DNA from: Octopus vulgaris
Lineage: Eukaryota
Assembly: GCA_951406725.2 (NCBI GenBank)
Contig: OX597842.1
Coordinates: forward strand, 4,154,001-4,218,000
DNA: 64,000 bases
Reading direction: 5' to 3'
Position 1 is the first letter of the stretch. Each line of letters begins with the position of its first letter. Made by a program: the position numbers and the translations under genes. Of this stretch, positions 14,626-27,624 are shown one piece after another. The notes below the pieces were generated by a model that was not told the DNA's origin, made no database searches, and saw only the letters and a program-made list of their open reading frames with translations.

Positions 14626-14995
14626 CCCCAGCATCATCATCATAATTGTCATTATCACAGTCATCACCATAATCTCTCTCTCTCTCCTCACTCTTGCAAC
14701 ATCCAGTCCATCTCACCCAACCACCAGAAACCCCTGTGCCACTGTTGGTGTTACGTTTTTTTTTTTGTTTTTTTTTGCTTATACAGCTTCAATCAAGATT
14801 GCTACACTCAACTCTGCACAGCTATACCTCACTCAAGACTGTCACACCCCACTTTAGGCTGCTACACACACACACACACATGTATTTCTATGTAGTAAGA
14901 TCCAACTGATTGAGGCAAAATAGTTATTTAGCATGTAGCATATACAAGGCTTGTATAGGAACCACAAAGGAAACAGTACAGCAATCAGTAATTAA

Positions 14996-15213
14996 AGGCA
15001 GCGAGCTGGCAGAAACGGTAGCATGCCGGGCGAAATGCGTAGCCGTATTTCGTTTGCCGTTACGTTCTGAGTTCAAATTCCGCCGAGGTCAACTTTGCCT
15101 TTCATCCTTTCGGTACCAGTTACGCACTGGGGTCGATGTAATCGACTTAATCCCTTTGTCTGTCCTTGTTTCTCCTCTCTGTGTTTAGCCCCTGGTGGGT
15201 AGTAAAGAAATAA
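14996..15213 (+). mobile_element. Family B SINE with a ~22-bp TSD
   Basis: Flanks are GAAACAGTACAGCAATCAGTAA (~14970) and GAAACAGTACGGTAATCAATAA (~15214). Confidence 0.85.
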
Positions 15214-15367
15214 GAAACAGTACGGTAATCAATAAATATACTTTGTCCCATATAAATGTTGGAAGGTAATCCTGATAAAGAATAATGATGCTATACAACT
15301 CCAGTCCAAAAGAAACCTCGCTTTCTAAATATGTGGTAATTAGATATGCGAATGTAAGAAATGGAGA

Positions 15368-15477
15368 AAGCAGTTATGCTCTACATATGTTTCAATAGTG
15401 TACGTAACCCATATTATGTAATAATAAAAACATTACGTAGTAATAACATATACCTCCTCATCAGGTGCATACTGCTT
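15368..15477 (-). ncRNA. Type I minimal hammerhead-like motif with an enlarged stem II
   Basis: Minus strand: AAGCAGTATGCAC-CTGATGA-(~60 nt)-GAAAC-ATAT-GTA-GAGCATAACTGCTT. Stem III is the palindrome ACATATGT and the cleavage triplet is GUA. Confidence 0.6.
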
Positions 15478-15818
15478 ATGTAAAATAACAGCAAATGACT
15501 TTACATAATAAGGTGTATGCACCCAATTGGAAGGTATATGTTGTCACTACAAAATGGTTTTAATATTTCAGTATACGGATTTCATACACATTTGAAACCT
15601 ATGTAGTGCATAACAGCTTTTTCATTTCTTTCATATGCGTATGTATGTATGTGCGAGCATATATATGTTTGTGTCTCCTTATCTGACATCGCATGATTAA
15701 CATAAACGAAAGTTAACATTTCCAATATTCCGTGAAAACATGTCTCCTGTGAGAGAAATATTACCTTGCTTAGAACAGGTAAGGGTTGGCAGCAGGAAGG
15801 ACATCCAGCCATAGAGAA

Positions 15819-15884
15819 TCTGACTCATCAGGCTTAGAAGTCTGACTCATCAGGCATAAAAGTCTGACTCATCAGGCTTAGAAG
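15819..15884 (+). repeat. Three copies of the 22-bp tandem repeat TCTGACTCATCAGGCTTAGAAG
   Basis: Units start at 15819, 15841 and 15863. Confidence 0.9.
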
Positions 15885-17052
15885 AAGGGACTTCAAACTG
15901 ATGAAGACTACGATGTATTCAGGTTGGTAAGTAGGTTGGTAGGTAAGAAGGAAGGAAAGAAAGATTACCTGATGCTTCTTTTTCTTTTCTACTCTAGGCA
16001 CAAGGCCCAGAATTTTGGGAGAGGGAGCAGTCAATTAGATCGACCCCCGATGCTTTTTTTTGTGAGAAAATTGTCAGGAGTTGCTAGAATTGACCAACTT
16101 TAATAAATGCTCTACTTCGTTGTATCGAGTACTTGTTCTTTTCTCATTTATTACCAGCACACCCTCTTACCCACACATAATATGTCTGTTTACTAATGTG
16201 TGTACGCATCTGTATATATTCGTTTCTCAGACGTCTGTGTATGTATATACACTCACACTAAATGCAATAATCATATATATATATATATATGTGTGTGGGT
16301 GTATGTATATATGTATGTGTACGTATATATATATATATATATATGTGTGTATGTATGTATATGTCCGTGTGTGTGTACATTTACATACATACATACATAC
16401 ATTTATATATATGTATGTATATATATATATATATATATCTGTCCGTGACTGTATTGAACATTTGCAAAGCGATATAAATCTTTACTTTCCGAACAATTGC
16501 TTCGTTCAGTGAGATAAATGTATATACAGCCGCTTCGTGGTGTCTGTAAATGTATAGATATATATACATGGTATGATGTGTGTATATAGTGTGTTTGTAC
16601 GGCGTTGTATAAGTATTGCACGCACGTTTCTCAAGGCACATTAATTTGTATGTAAAACTGTAATTTATAGCCTGTGTCGATATCTTTCTGTATATATATA
16701 TATGTGTGTGTGATACACCCACTTATATGAATTCGTTTTTATTACGTCTGTGTCGATTATATATGAATATGTGTGTATATATATATAAATATATACATAC
16801 ATACACACACAATGTGTGTGTGTGTTTGTGTATATAAATACGAATGTAATGTATACGAGTCCACGAATATATAAATACGTATATACACTCTCATATCTCT
16901 ATGCATACGGGAATACATACACGTCTGCAAATATATAAAGACTATGTCTATATACACACACACACAGTAATATTGTGTCAATGTTTGAGTGCGTGTGTAT
17001 GTATATATATATATATATACATATATACAGAGAGGGAGAGAGAGATCATATA

Positions 17053-17085
<33 letters not shown>

Positions 17086-17095
17086 GCACATGTAT

Positions 17096-17138
<43 letters not shown>

Positions 17139-18914
17139 TGTATGTTTATATATAATATATATATATATGTCTCTATCCATACGTATGAAATATAAAAGTA
17201 AAAAAAGATTTAACTCCTCTTACTCACACACGGCAAAAACTTTACGTTCCGAAATATAAAGCGAATGATAATCATTTCTAAGACACCGTATCGATCTTTT
17301 GCCGTTCCAGACTTCAAATATTGTCTCTGTTCTCATTCTTAAAGCTGCAACCGTATATCTTTTTGCAAGTGTATAGCTATGTCTGTACGTGTGTGTATGT
17401 GTATGTTTAGATGTGTATCTGTGCACATATGTATATATATCCATGTATATCTCTGTGTATGTATCTATGCTTAGATATGTATCTGTGAATATATATCTAT
17501 GCAGGTGTGTGTGTACATATGAATTTGTGCAGGTGCGTGTAGGTGTATCTGTGTGTGCATTGTAAGTAGGTGTACGTATATATCTGTATATATGTTTATG
17601 CAGGTACGTTTGTGTATATATGTCTCAGCGTATATATATGTAAATGCAGATGTATTTGTGTGTATGTATGTGTACATGTATGTGTATGTGTTTCATCTGC
17701 ATGTGTGTGTGTGTATCTTTGTATATATGTTTTTGTGTTTGCATGTATGTATAAATGCGTGTATTTATGTGTACATGTACGTATGTATATATATGCAACG
17801 GTTAGCCACAAATATATATATATATATATACACATACTCACACACACACAAATACACATGTGTGTATGTATATTTGTGCTTTTATATATGATAATATGAA
17901 TATGTATGTATGTGTTTGCGTATGCACATATATACACACATACACGTGCGTGTGTGTATATATGTACATGGATGTGCATGTCTGTGTATATATGTCTATC
18001 ATTCGCTATACGTACGTTGTGTAACTTCTTTTTGTACTTTAAGCAGTTTTTGTACTATACATACATATGTGCATCTGTATATGTGTATATATGTGTGTGT
18101 TTTTGTGTAGCTTTCGTCTTAGTTTATGATGATGTTTTTTTTCATGTCGCTTCTTACACACACACACACATAATGCGCATACGTGCTCGCTCGCACCTGC
18201 ACACACGTTCACACACACGTTTTTGCATATACATTTGAATGTGTGTGCATACGTGTGTAGCCGATGAATCTTCGAAGTCCCAGTCAGCCTGTATTTCTAT
18301 ACTGAAATATTTACACTCTTTTACTGTATTGAGTGCTTCCATGGCCATTACTATTACCTGTCGCTGCTCATTAGAGCGAACTCTTAATATCACGCATATA
18401 TCGCTTACACACACACACCTCATACACACCACCTACAACAATCGATACACACACATACACAGACAATCAAATACACAGACACAGACACACATGCAAATAC
18501 ATATACGCACAAATACACACACATACACATAGAAATATACAAATACGCACACATGTACACACGCACAAATACACACACACACACACGCACAAATACACAC
18601 ACACACACACGCACAAATACACACACACACGCACAAATACACACACACACAAATACACACACACACACGCAGGTATACATACGAATACACACGCGTATAC
18701 ACATTCCTTGAAATGTCATATTCTTCATTAGCGTTCATCAACGTTTTGTTTTAATGATTTTGTATGGTTGCAGAGGTGGGTGGTGGTGGATGGTACTGTG
18801 TGTGTGTGTGTATATACATGTACACTCACTGATGGTATGTATGTGTGAAAGGTTGACTTGAATCTAGAGCAGTAGAGTTATATGCAACCAGACAAACACG
18901 CATTATATATACAT

Positions 18915-19269
18915 ACTCTCTCATTTACTTGTTTCAGTCATTTGACTGCGGCCATGCTGGAGCACCGCCTTTAGTCGAGCAAATCAACCCCGGGACTTAT
19001 TCTTTGTAAGCCCAGTACTTATTCTATTGGTCTCTTTTGCCGAACCGCTAAGTGACGGAGACGTAAACACACCAGCAATGCTAGGGGGACACATAAACAT
19101 ACACACACGTATATATATATACATATATACGACAGGCTTCTTTCAGTTTCCATCTACCAAATCCACTCACAAGGCATTGGTCGGCCTGAGGCTATAGTAG
19201 AAAACACACGCCCAAGGTGCCACGCAGTGGGACTGAACCCGGAATCATGTGGTTGGGAAGCAAGCTGTG

Positions 19270-19317
<48 letters not shown>

Positions 19318-19336
19318 TAAAACAGGTAAAAGTAAA

Positions 19337-19370
<34 letters not shown>

Positions 19371-19560
19371 GGTTTTACTTGTTTCAGTCATTTGATTGCG
19401 GCCATGCTGGAGCATGCCTTTAGTCGAGCAAATCGACCCCAGGACTTATTCTTTGTAAGCTTAGTACTTATTCTATCGGTCTCTTTTGTCAAACTGCTAA
19501 GTTACGAGGACACAAACACACCAGCATCGTTTGTCAAGCGATATTGGGGACACACACACA
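18915..19560 (-). mobile_element. Family A SINE (18915-19266) plus a second partial copy (19373-19560)
   Basis: Both carry TTTACTTGTTTCAGTCATTTGA ... GCCTTTAGTCGAGCAAATC. Confidence 0.85.
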
Positions 19561-19575
19561 CATAGATGCATATAT

Positions 19576-19640
<65 letters not shown>

Positions 19641-20055
19641 TGTGTGTGTGTGTATGTATATGCAGCTACAATAGTGCTCGCTGCAATAAATTGGTGCAGT
19701 GTTGTGCACATGCAACCGTTGTGTTTCATACAGTTGTTGCAGTCTTTTGATGTAACAACGTGTTGTGACACACACACAGACACCCTTACACATTAACAAC
19801 CAACACGCACACACACACACTCTCTTCCTCATACACACCTACACACACACCTTCACGCATACTCTCAAACACAAACACGCACACACGTGGTTCCTCCTCC
19901 TCCTCTCGTTCGTTATTCTCTAAAATATTCTCTCTCCCTCTCCTTTCATATCTATCTGTCTATCTATCTGTTTCTTTATCTTTCTATTTCTCTCTTTCTC
20001 ACTCTCTCTCTCTGTCTCTTTACCTGTTCCTTTATCTATCTATCTACCTCCCTCC

Positions 20056-20124
<69 letters not shown>

Positions 20125-20175
20125 CCTCCCTCCCTACCTCCCTCCCTCTCTCTCTCTCTCCCTCCCTCCCTCCCT

Positions 20176-20261
<86 letters not shown>

Positions 20262-20474
20262 GCCTGCCTATCTCTTTCTCGCTGTCTCCCTCCTTCCTCT
20301 CCATCTCTCCCTCCTTCCTCTCCGTCTCTCTCTCTCTTTCTCTCCCCTCTCTCTAATTGTCTTGTCTTCATCTCCCTGTATTTCCCGTTTTCATCTCTCA
20401 TCTCTCCATCTCATCTTACCTATCCCTTTTTCCGCTCTATCTTTTTCTCTCCTTGTCTCCCTATATTCACCCCT

Positions 20475-20522
<48 letters not shown>

Positions 20523-20819
20523 ACCCTTTCTCATACATGTGAGTTTGTGTATGTGTGTATGTATATATACATATGTGTGTATTTGTGGGTATGTATATGT
20601 AAGTTCCCTTACGCTTGTTGCTTGGATCACTATACCTGTACAATGTGTGTCCTTGAGATATATATGGATAAATATGTGTGTGTTTGCATGCGCATTGTGT
20701 AATCTAATCAGCGCCCACCCATACGTACAATGCGCACGGGATTGTGTGTGTGTTTGTGTGTGTACACCAGGTGAACGAGTACACCCAGTTCTAGTGTACT
20801 TTTACTGATATATATATAT

Positions 20820-20850
<31 letters not shown>

Positions 20851-21130
20851 TTATATACACATGCACATAGTTAAAAATCAGAATATTCACTTATGAACAT
20901 AAACACACACATACACACAAACATCTAAATACACATATACAGTTTGATTGATATACACACAATCACTCTTTCATACAGGTACACACTTCAATACATTTAC
21001 ACTGACACAAACATAGTCATTACGATAGGCATACACACACATACTTTGATATACACACACATACACATTACTTTATTCGTTCATTAATTATGACTATATA
21101 TATGTGTGTGTGTAACATATATATATATAT

Positions 21131-21164
<34 letters not shown>

Positions 21165-21460
21165 GCACACACATATACATACACACACATAAATATATAC
21201 ATATATACACACTCATATACTTACGTGTGTCTGCGTGTGTGTGTATATAATATACACACACATATTCATTCGACTAAGAATTTTTCAACGTGGTGCCCTA
21301 GCATGATCGTAGTCAAATCGCTGAAACAGTAAAAGATATATATATATATATTATCTATTGTGAGATAGTATGTGTGCGCGTGCGTGCGTATGTTTGCATG
21401 CATATATAATCGGTAAAAGTACACAAGGATTAGGTGCACTTGTTCACCTAGCACGTATAT

Positions 21461-21514
<54 letters not shown>

Positions 21515-22309
21515 TCGGGTCTCTGTCGTTCAACGATGAGTATTCAGTTGTTCGACCATTGAATTAACAAGTCAGTAGCTGAGTATTCCGCAGACACCTG
21601 TGTACCCTTAACATAATTTCTCCAGCAGAATCAGCGAGAGACAGAATATGTCCAAGGTCTGGCTGTTGAATTTTGGTATCGAACTATCGACCAGATTATC
21701 GGATATTGTTTTTTATCACTGGTCACAATACGTTTCGAATGATGCTCCCACCGCTGACTAGGCGAACAGGTTAACATCCCTTGATCGGAAGACCATTTAT
21801 TCTATCGCACGGATGGACTGGTCCAAAGTGAAATGAAGTGTCTTGCTCAAGAACACAACACACAGCTCGGTTGGTCGGAGAATCGAACCCACGGTCTAGC
21901 GTTTGTGTGCCACACCCTAACCACTGGGCCACATGATATAATAGATACGAAGAATCAGACTCCAAAGACAGCAGTATTGGTTTGTATTGGCAACACTTCT
22001 GTTATTGTGTAAAATCGATGCGAAGTGTACAGGTAACTTGCCGTCTGGAGTGGAAAATCCAACGTTTCGGAAGAAGTCCTTCAGGAAAATTTGTCTGAAG
22101 AGGAACTAAGCAAGACTCTGCTGTCCTTCATTAATTTCTTTTCTGTCAATATTTCCCTGAAGAGAGACTCTATCCGAAACGTTAAACTAACCACACTCCA
22201 CAGCAAATTCACTGAATTCATTTTGTCTCTTTTATTATATGATACTAGTTATCCAGTAGCAGCGTGCTGGCAGAATCCGTGGTCCTATATATATATATGA
22301 AACGAAACA

Positions 22310-22700
22310 AGGAAAATGCACAAAGTTTACATAGTTTTAATATATTTTAAATATATTTTTAAATATATTTTATAAGTAAAAGGGTATTGTGCTTGTCAAC
22401 GGTTTCGCTTTCGTTAAACATTACATCAAAATTATTGTAATTTCGTGTTTTCTTAAGATTTTAGTCCATGTTGTGTGTGGAGAAGTTTGTGACTGAATGA
22501 TTTAACATATAGAAAAATCTAACTTGTTGAACCGTTCATTCACACAACATGGACTAAAATCGTAAGAAAATACAAAATTATGCAATAATTTCAATATCAT
22601 GATTAGTGAAAACGAAACCGGTTGACTAACACAATACTCTTTCACTTAGTTAATATATTTTTCAATATATTTCATATGTAAACTGTGTGAATTTACCTTT

Positions 22701-22702
<2 letters not shown>
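22310..22702. repeat. Fold-back element with ~160-bp inverted arms between (TA)n tracts
   Basis: GATTTTAGTCCATGTTGTGTG (~22458) pairs with CACACAACATGGACTAAAATC (~22541); GTATTGTG/CACAATAC and GTTTACATA/TATGTAAAC pair further out. Confidence 0.85.
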
Positions 22703-22752
<50 letters not shown>

Positions 22753-24145
22753 CATTACAACTCACCACGTGAGAATAATCGAAATTCTCATCCTCCCTTT
22801 TTGTTACGCACACGCACAACACACACACAACGCGCATGTATAGGTATGTATATATGTTTGTGTGTGTGTGTGTGTGTATAATTAAATCAAGGATATAAAC
22901 CTCTCTTATAGGGATGTCGGCATCCAAGTATCCCGGTTTTATCCACTGCATCAACCAAAGATGTTAGCTTCGCATTGGGCATGGAAACAATTGTAGGGGC
23001 TAAGAGTTTGTTTTTGCTTGGAATTAAATATGTTCTAATAAATTAATAATTATATCTCAGTTTCTCCGTTTTCTTTTTCTCATATATATATAATATATAT
23101 ATATATATATAATGGACTCTCCCGTTGTTAGACGATGTATAAGGGTTTCACAATTTCTTACTGAACAACCACACAGATGATTCGTTTATAGTGATCAAAT
23201 GTTTGTGTAGAAATAAGCTCATTCTCACCATCAAATCGACATTACCTGTACAGGTGCCATATATCAGATGTTGAAATGATCGCAGAGTAACGTGAAATGA
23301 AGTGCTTTGCTCAAGGACGCAACACCCAGTCTGGGAATCGAACCCACGATCTCGCTATCATGAGTACAATGCCTTATCCACTAAGCCATGCGCTTATATA
23401 TGTGTGTGTGTCTGTGTGTGTATGTCTCTGTGTGTGTATCTGTGTGTGTATATATGTGTGCGTGTGTTTATGTATGTTTGTATATGTATGTATATGTATG
23501 TATGTGTTTGTATGTGTATATGTTTGTATGTATGTGTATATGTGTGTACATGTATATATATATGTTTACATTTTTATGCTGACGATTTTTAAAAATGCAC
23601 GTCTCGGAACTTTTTTCCCTTTATACCCTAACCTACCCGTCTAGCCCCCTCCACCCGTATATAAATAAACATACACAGTTCATAGTACAAATATAGATTA
23701 AATATAAACGTTTTCTTTTAGGCGAGGGATGGGCCTATCTTGCGTTTTAATTTTTCGTAGATTACAGAACAAACATGGGAGATAAGACCCCTATCACCGC
23801 CGCTGTTGCTTCCTCTGTTTCAACTATTTTTTTTTCTTTCAGATGGTGGAAGGGGTGGGCGGAAGGGCTGTGGAAATAATTGCTTGTTAAGTCTTGTCTT
23901 GTCAAAATTTTTTTATCAAAATCTAAGTTCTCGGGCAGCAGCGCTGATCCTTCTTCGTGTACGTTCGCTCATTTTTTTGGCGGGGGGAGGGGGGGGTTAA
24001 CCCCTAAACCAGTCGAAATTTTCCACTACCCCCAATATCGAGTGGAAACGTTAGGTTCTCGGGTGGAAAGTTTGCAAGATTTTCGTAGAAACTTTGTTTC
24101 AATGAAAAAGACAGATTTGTATAGCATGCATTCATATATGAATTT

Positions 24146-24735
24146 TTCTTTTACCTGTTTCAGTCATTAGACTGCGGCCATGCTGGGGCACCGCCTTGAA
24201 CTTTTACTCGAATGAATCAACCCCAGTACTATTAGGTTGGTGCATAATTATTGCGGCTTTTTCAATAAATTTTATTCAACAAAAACAATAACAACATTTA
24301 ACAAAAACATCTTTAAATGACGGTCTGGTCGTCTGCCAAGCAAATGGGAAGCAGTAATTGAAGTAGGTGGTTAATATGCTCCGGAATAATCATTTAACGA
24401 TGTTTTTGTTACATGTTGTTATTGTTTTTGTTGAATAAGATTTATTGAAAAAAAAACGCAAGAATTCTGCACCAACCCAATAGTTTTTAAGTTTGGTATT
24501 TATTCTATCGGCCAATTTTGTCGAACTGCTAGGTTACAGGGACGTAAACATCAGTACTGATTGTCAAGCTAGGGGGGGGCAAATACATACACGTACACAC
24601 ATATATTTATATATGACAGGTTTCTTTCAGTGTCTGTCTACCAAATCCACTCACAAAGCTTTGGTCGGCCACGCAGTGGAACTGAACTCAAAACTCTGTG
24701 GCTGGAAAACAAGCTTCTTACCACACAGCCACATT
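24146..24735 (-). mobile_element. Family A SINE hosting a mariner MITE
   Basis: SINE sequence resumes on both sides of 24232-24480. Confidence 0.8.
24232..24480 (+). mobile_element. Mariner-derived MITE (Hsmar1/MADE1-like termini, TA TSD)
   Basis: TA|TTAGGTTGGTGCA ... TGCACCAACCCAA|TA with ~90-bp inverted arms. The centre encodes a mariner C-terminus, GRLPSKWEAVIEVGG*YAPE*. Confidence 0.9.
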
Positions 24736-24904
24736 CGTATCTGAAGTTTTCTTGGAAGAAAGGAGCTTGTTTCTAACAAAGATACAAAACTCCATCGTTG
24801 GGATGTAGATAAAAACAAGTTGACATTTTGAACTTGAGAAAAGTCTTGCATATTTTTACTGTTCTTCTTATCGATTGTATTTGTAATGTGTGTATTGGTT
24901 GGTT

Positions 24905-25440
24905 GATTTAGTTTTCTGAAAACCCCAGTTTATTCAGATTGTCTGTCAGTTTGGCATTTACTTACAAAAGTCGGAGTGCAAGAATTATAATTGGTATAAA
25001 TGTGAATTTATAATCTTGGATATAGAAGATGGAGGTTTCGAAACAGCTGTCCATAATTATCCGCTTTCTGTAATTCACATCAGCAGGGCAGCGAACCTCT
25101 ATGATCGTACATACTTCTTCTTGTCTGTCCCAATCACGATTTCCAGCCTATTATGTTTACACTTGACAGATGATGTTTAAATGGGAACGTTCCACGAATA
25201 TTCCTTGGTTTGAAGTTTGCGTGTATATTCAATAACGAACGGATTCTCTATATTTACCCCACGACAGTCTTTTCCTCGGAAGGCATTGTATTTTGTTTTG
25301 GCAATTGCATCATGCTGCATTGGAAGTTATTTTTGGGTCACTGACGAACCTGTGTGTGATGTCTTCCACAGAAATGTAACATACATAATCGACATTTCGG
25401 TTGCATTTTGGTTGCATCACAGTCTCGAGTATGTCTGCCC
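24905..25440 (-). mobile_element. Decayed restriction-like-endonuclease LINE (R4/Dong-like), C-terminal region
   Basis: Minus-strand pieces across frameshifts: KCRLC ... VEDITH, QHDAIAK, WNVPI, KHNRLEIVI, IIEVRCPADVN, DNYGQLFRNLHLLYP, FIPIII, DNLNKLG. These match the CCHC knuckle, RHD, and PD-(D/E)xK-like motifs. Confidence 0.8.
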
Positions 25441-25786
25441 AAGGAATTATTCAACTTGAAACGATCGGAGAAAAAAGCACTTGGCCAAGGTGCCGTGGTG
25501 CGGGATTGACATCGGGAACGCATAGTTGCTGAAGGAAAAGAACTTCCTAACCACACAACCATGTTTGTTCATATATGTGTGTGTTTATTTTGTTTATGTT
25601 CGGAAACGCTTGCTTTTCGACAAACAGAATTAACGCATTTAAGTATTGGAAAAGATATGATCGATTAAACCAGAGCCCCAGAATGGCCGCGGTCCACTGA
25701 CTGAAACAATGTGATTTTATATATAAAACTTTATCTATGTTTGTATATATAGCTGGCTAGCTGGATCCGAAGAAGAAATGTATGCG

Positions 25787-25838
<52 letters not shown>

Positions 25839-25957
25839 TACATTATTATTTTGACCAGGAAACCCTGGGTAGCTGTATTTAACAAGATTTGTAGTTTTTA
25901 TCATAACATTATCTTTATTAGCTGATCCACTGCTTTTCTACTTGTTGAAGCAATAGG

Positions 25958-26005
<48 letters not shown>

Positions 26006-26067
26006 AATATGAATGGCGTGTGGTTATACCCTTGTGTTTACATGTGTGTGTGCATGTATGCGCGCGC

Positions 26068-26116
<49 letters not shown>

Positions 26117-26239
26117 CATGCACACACACAAACGTGTGCACGTGTGTCGCCATCCCCCCCACACACACCACATCAAAAACTATTTACGTTCTGCGATTGA
26201 AAAGTCACCATTTTTTCTTCCACAGTGACTTTTAGAATC

Positions 26240-27520
26240 TCTTTTTCTTCCCCATATTTCGCTCGCTCTTTCCTCGATTTTTTGTCTCCTTACTCTCTCC
26301 TCCCTTGCTCTCTCTCACTCCCTCCCTCAATCTCTCACCTTTTCTCTTTCCATCTCTCCTCATTCTCACTTTTCTCTCTATTACCATACACTCGCACACT
26401 GTTTTCCTCTTTACTTACTCTCCCTTCCACTTTCACCATCTCTCCTTTCTCTCTCTCTTTGCTCCATATTTTCTCTCATGCCGCCTCTTCCCTCCTCTTC
26501 TCTCTTTATCCGTAGTTTCTCCTCGTTTTTTCTCTCCTTATCCTTACTCCCCTTCATCTTACTCCAGCTCTTCTTACTCTCCCTTCCTCCCCTTACAGCC
26601 CCTTCATTTTCTCTCTCCCTCGCTCCATATTTTCTCCTTTTCTTTCTCCATCTCTCTATATTCTCCCCTCCTTGTCTTTATCTCTATGTTTTGTCTCTCA
26701 TTTTTTCTCTCTTCATCCTTCATATCGCCCATCTTCCTCTGCTCTCTTTACTTACTCTTCCTACTCTCCTTTTTCACTTTCATTCTCCGTACGCTCCCCC
26801 CCTCTCTCTCTGTTTACCTTTCAAATTTCTCACTCGATACACTTTCTCCTTGCTCTCCATCTCTCCTCGCTCTCTCCATCTCTCCTCGCTCTCTCCATCT
26901 CTCCTCGCTTTCTCCATCTCCCCTCGCTTTCTCCATCTCCCCTCGCTTTCTCCATCTCCCCTCGCTCTCTCCATCTCTCCTGACTCTCTCCTCTCTCTCT
27001 CCATCTCTCCCCTCACTCTCTCCATCTCTCCTGACTCTCTCCATCTCTCCTGACTCTCTCCATCTCTCCTGACTCTCTCCATCTCTCTCTCTCCATCTCT
27101 CTTCACTCTCTCCATCTCTCCTGACTCTCTCCATCTCTCCTGACTCTCTCCATCTCTCTTCACTCTCTCCATCTCTCCTGACTCTCTCCATCTCTCTCTC
27201 TCCATCTCTCTTCACTCTCTTCCCTCACTCTCTCCACTCTCTCCCTCACTCTCTCCATCTCTCCCCTCACTCTCTCCATCTCTCTCCTCACTCTCCATTT
27301 CTCCCCTCACTCTCTCCATATTTCCTCATTCTTTCCATCTCTCCTTACCTTCCAACTTTCGTTACCTTCCAACTCCACTTAGTCTCCATCTCTCTTCCCT
27401 CTCCATCTCTCCTTACTCTCTCATTCTCACCTTCATTTCACTTCCCTCTCTCTCCATCATCACCCTCCCACCCTCATGCTCCCGCACTTTACTCCCCTCC
27501 TTTAACCTCCTACCTCTCAC
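26240..27520. repeat. ~1.3-kb pyrimidine-rich tract with a ~20-bp minisatellite (CTCTCTCCATCTCTCCTGA/CA) at about 26850-27330
   Basis: Directly visible. Confidence 0.9.
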
Positions 27521-27624
27521 ACACAAACCCCTTAACCATCACCATCATCATCACCATCACCGCTATATATATTCCATTGACCTGTTTTTCGGCAATCAGA
27601 AAGTCTTTTAAACGCAATCACGGC

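Noticed and set aside
18255-18390. Protein-like minus-strand frame SNEQRQVIVMAMEALNTVKECKYFSIEIQADWDFEDSS
   Set aside because: No recognisable domain and no flanking acceptor/donor pair; more likely a non-coding unique island.
25034-25052. GAAACAGCTGTC hammerhead-like half (and CTGACGA at about 25341)
   Set aside because: Antisense to LINE coding sequence (GQLFRN), with no correctly placed partner box; coincidental.
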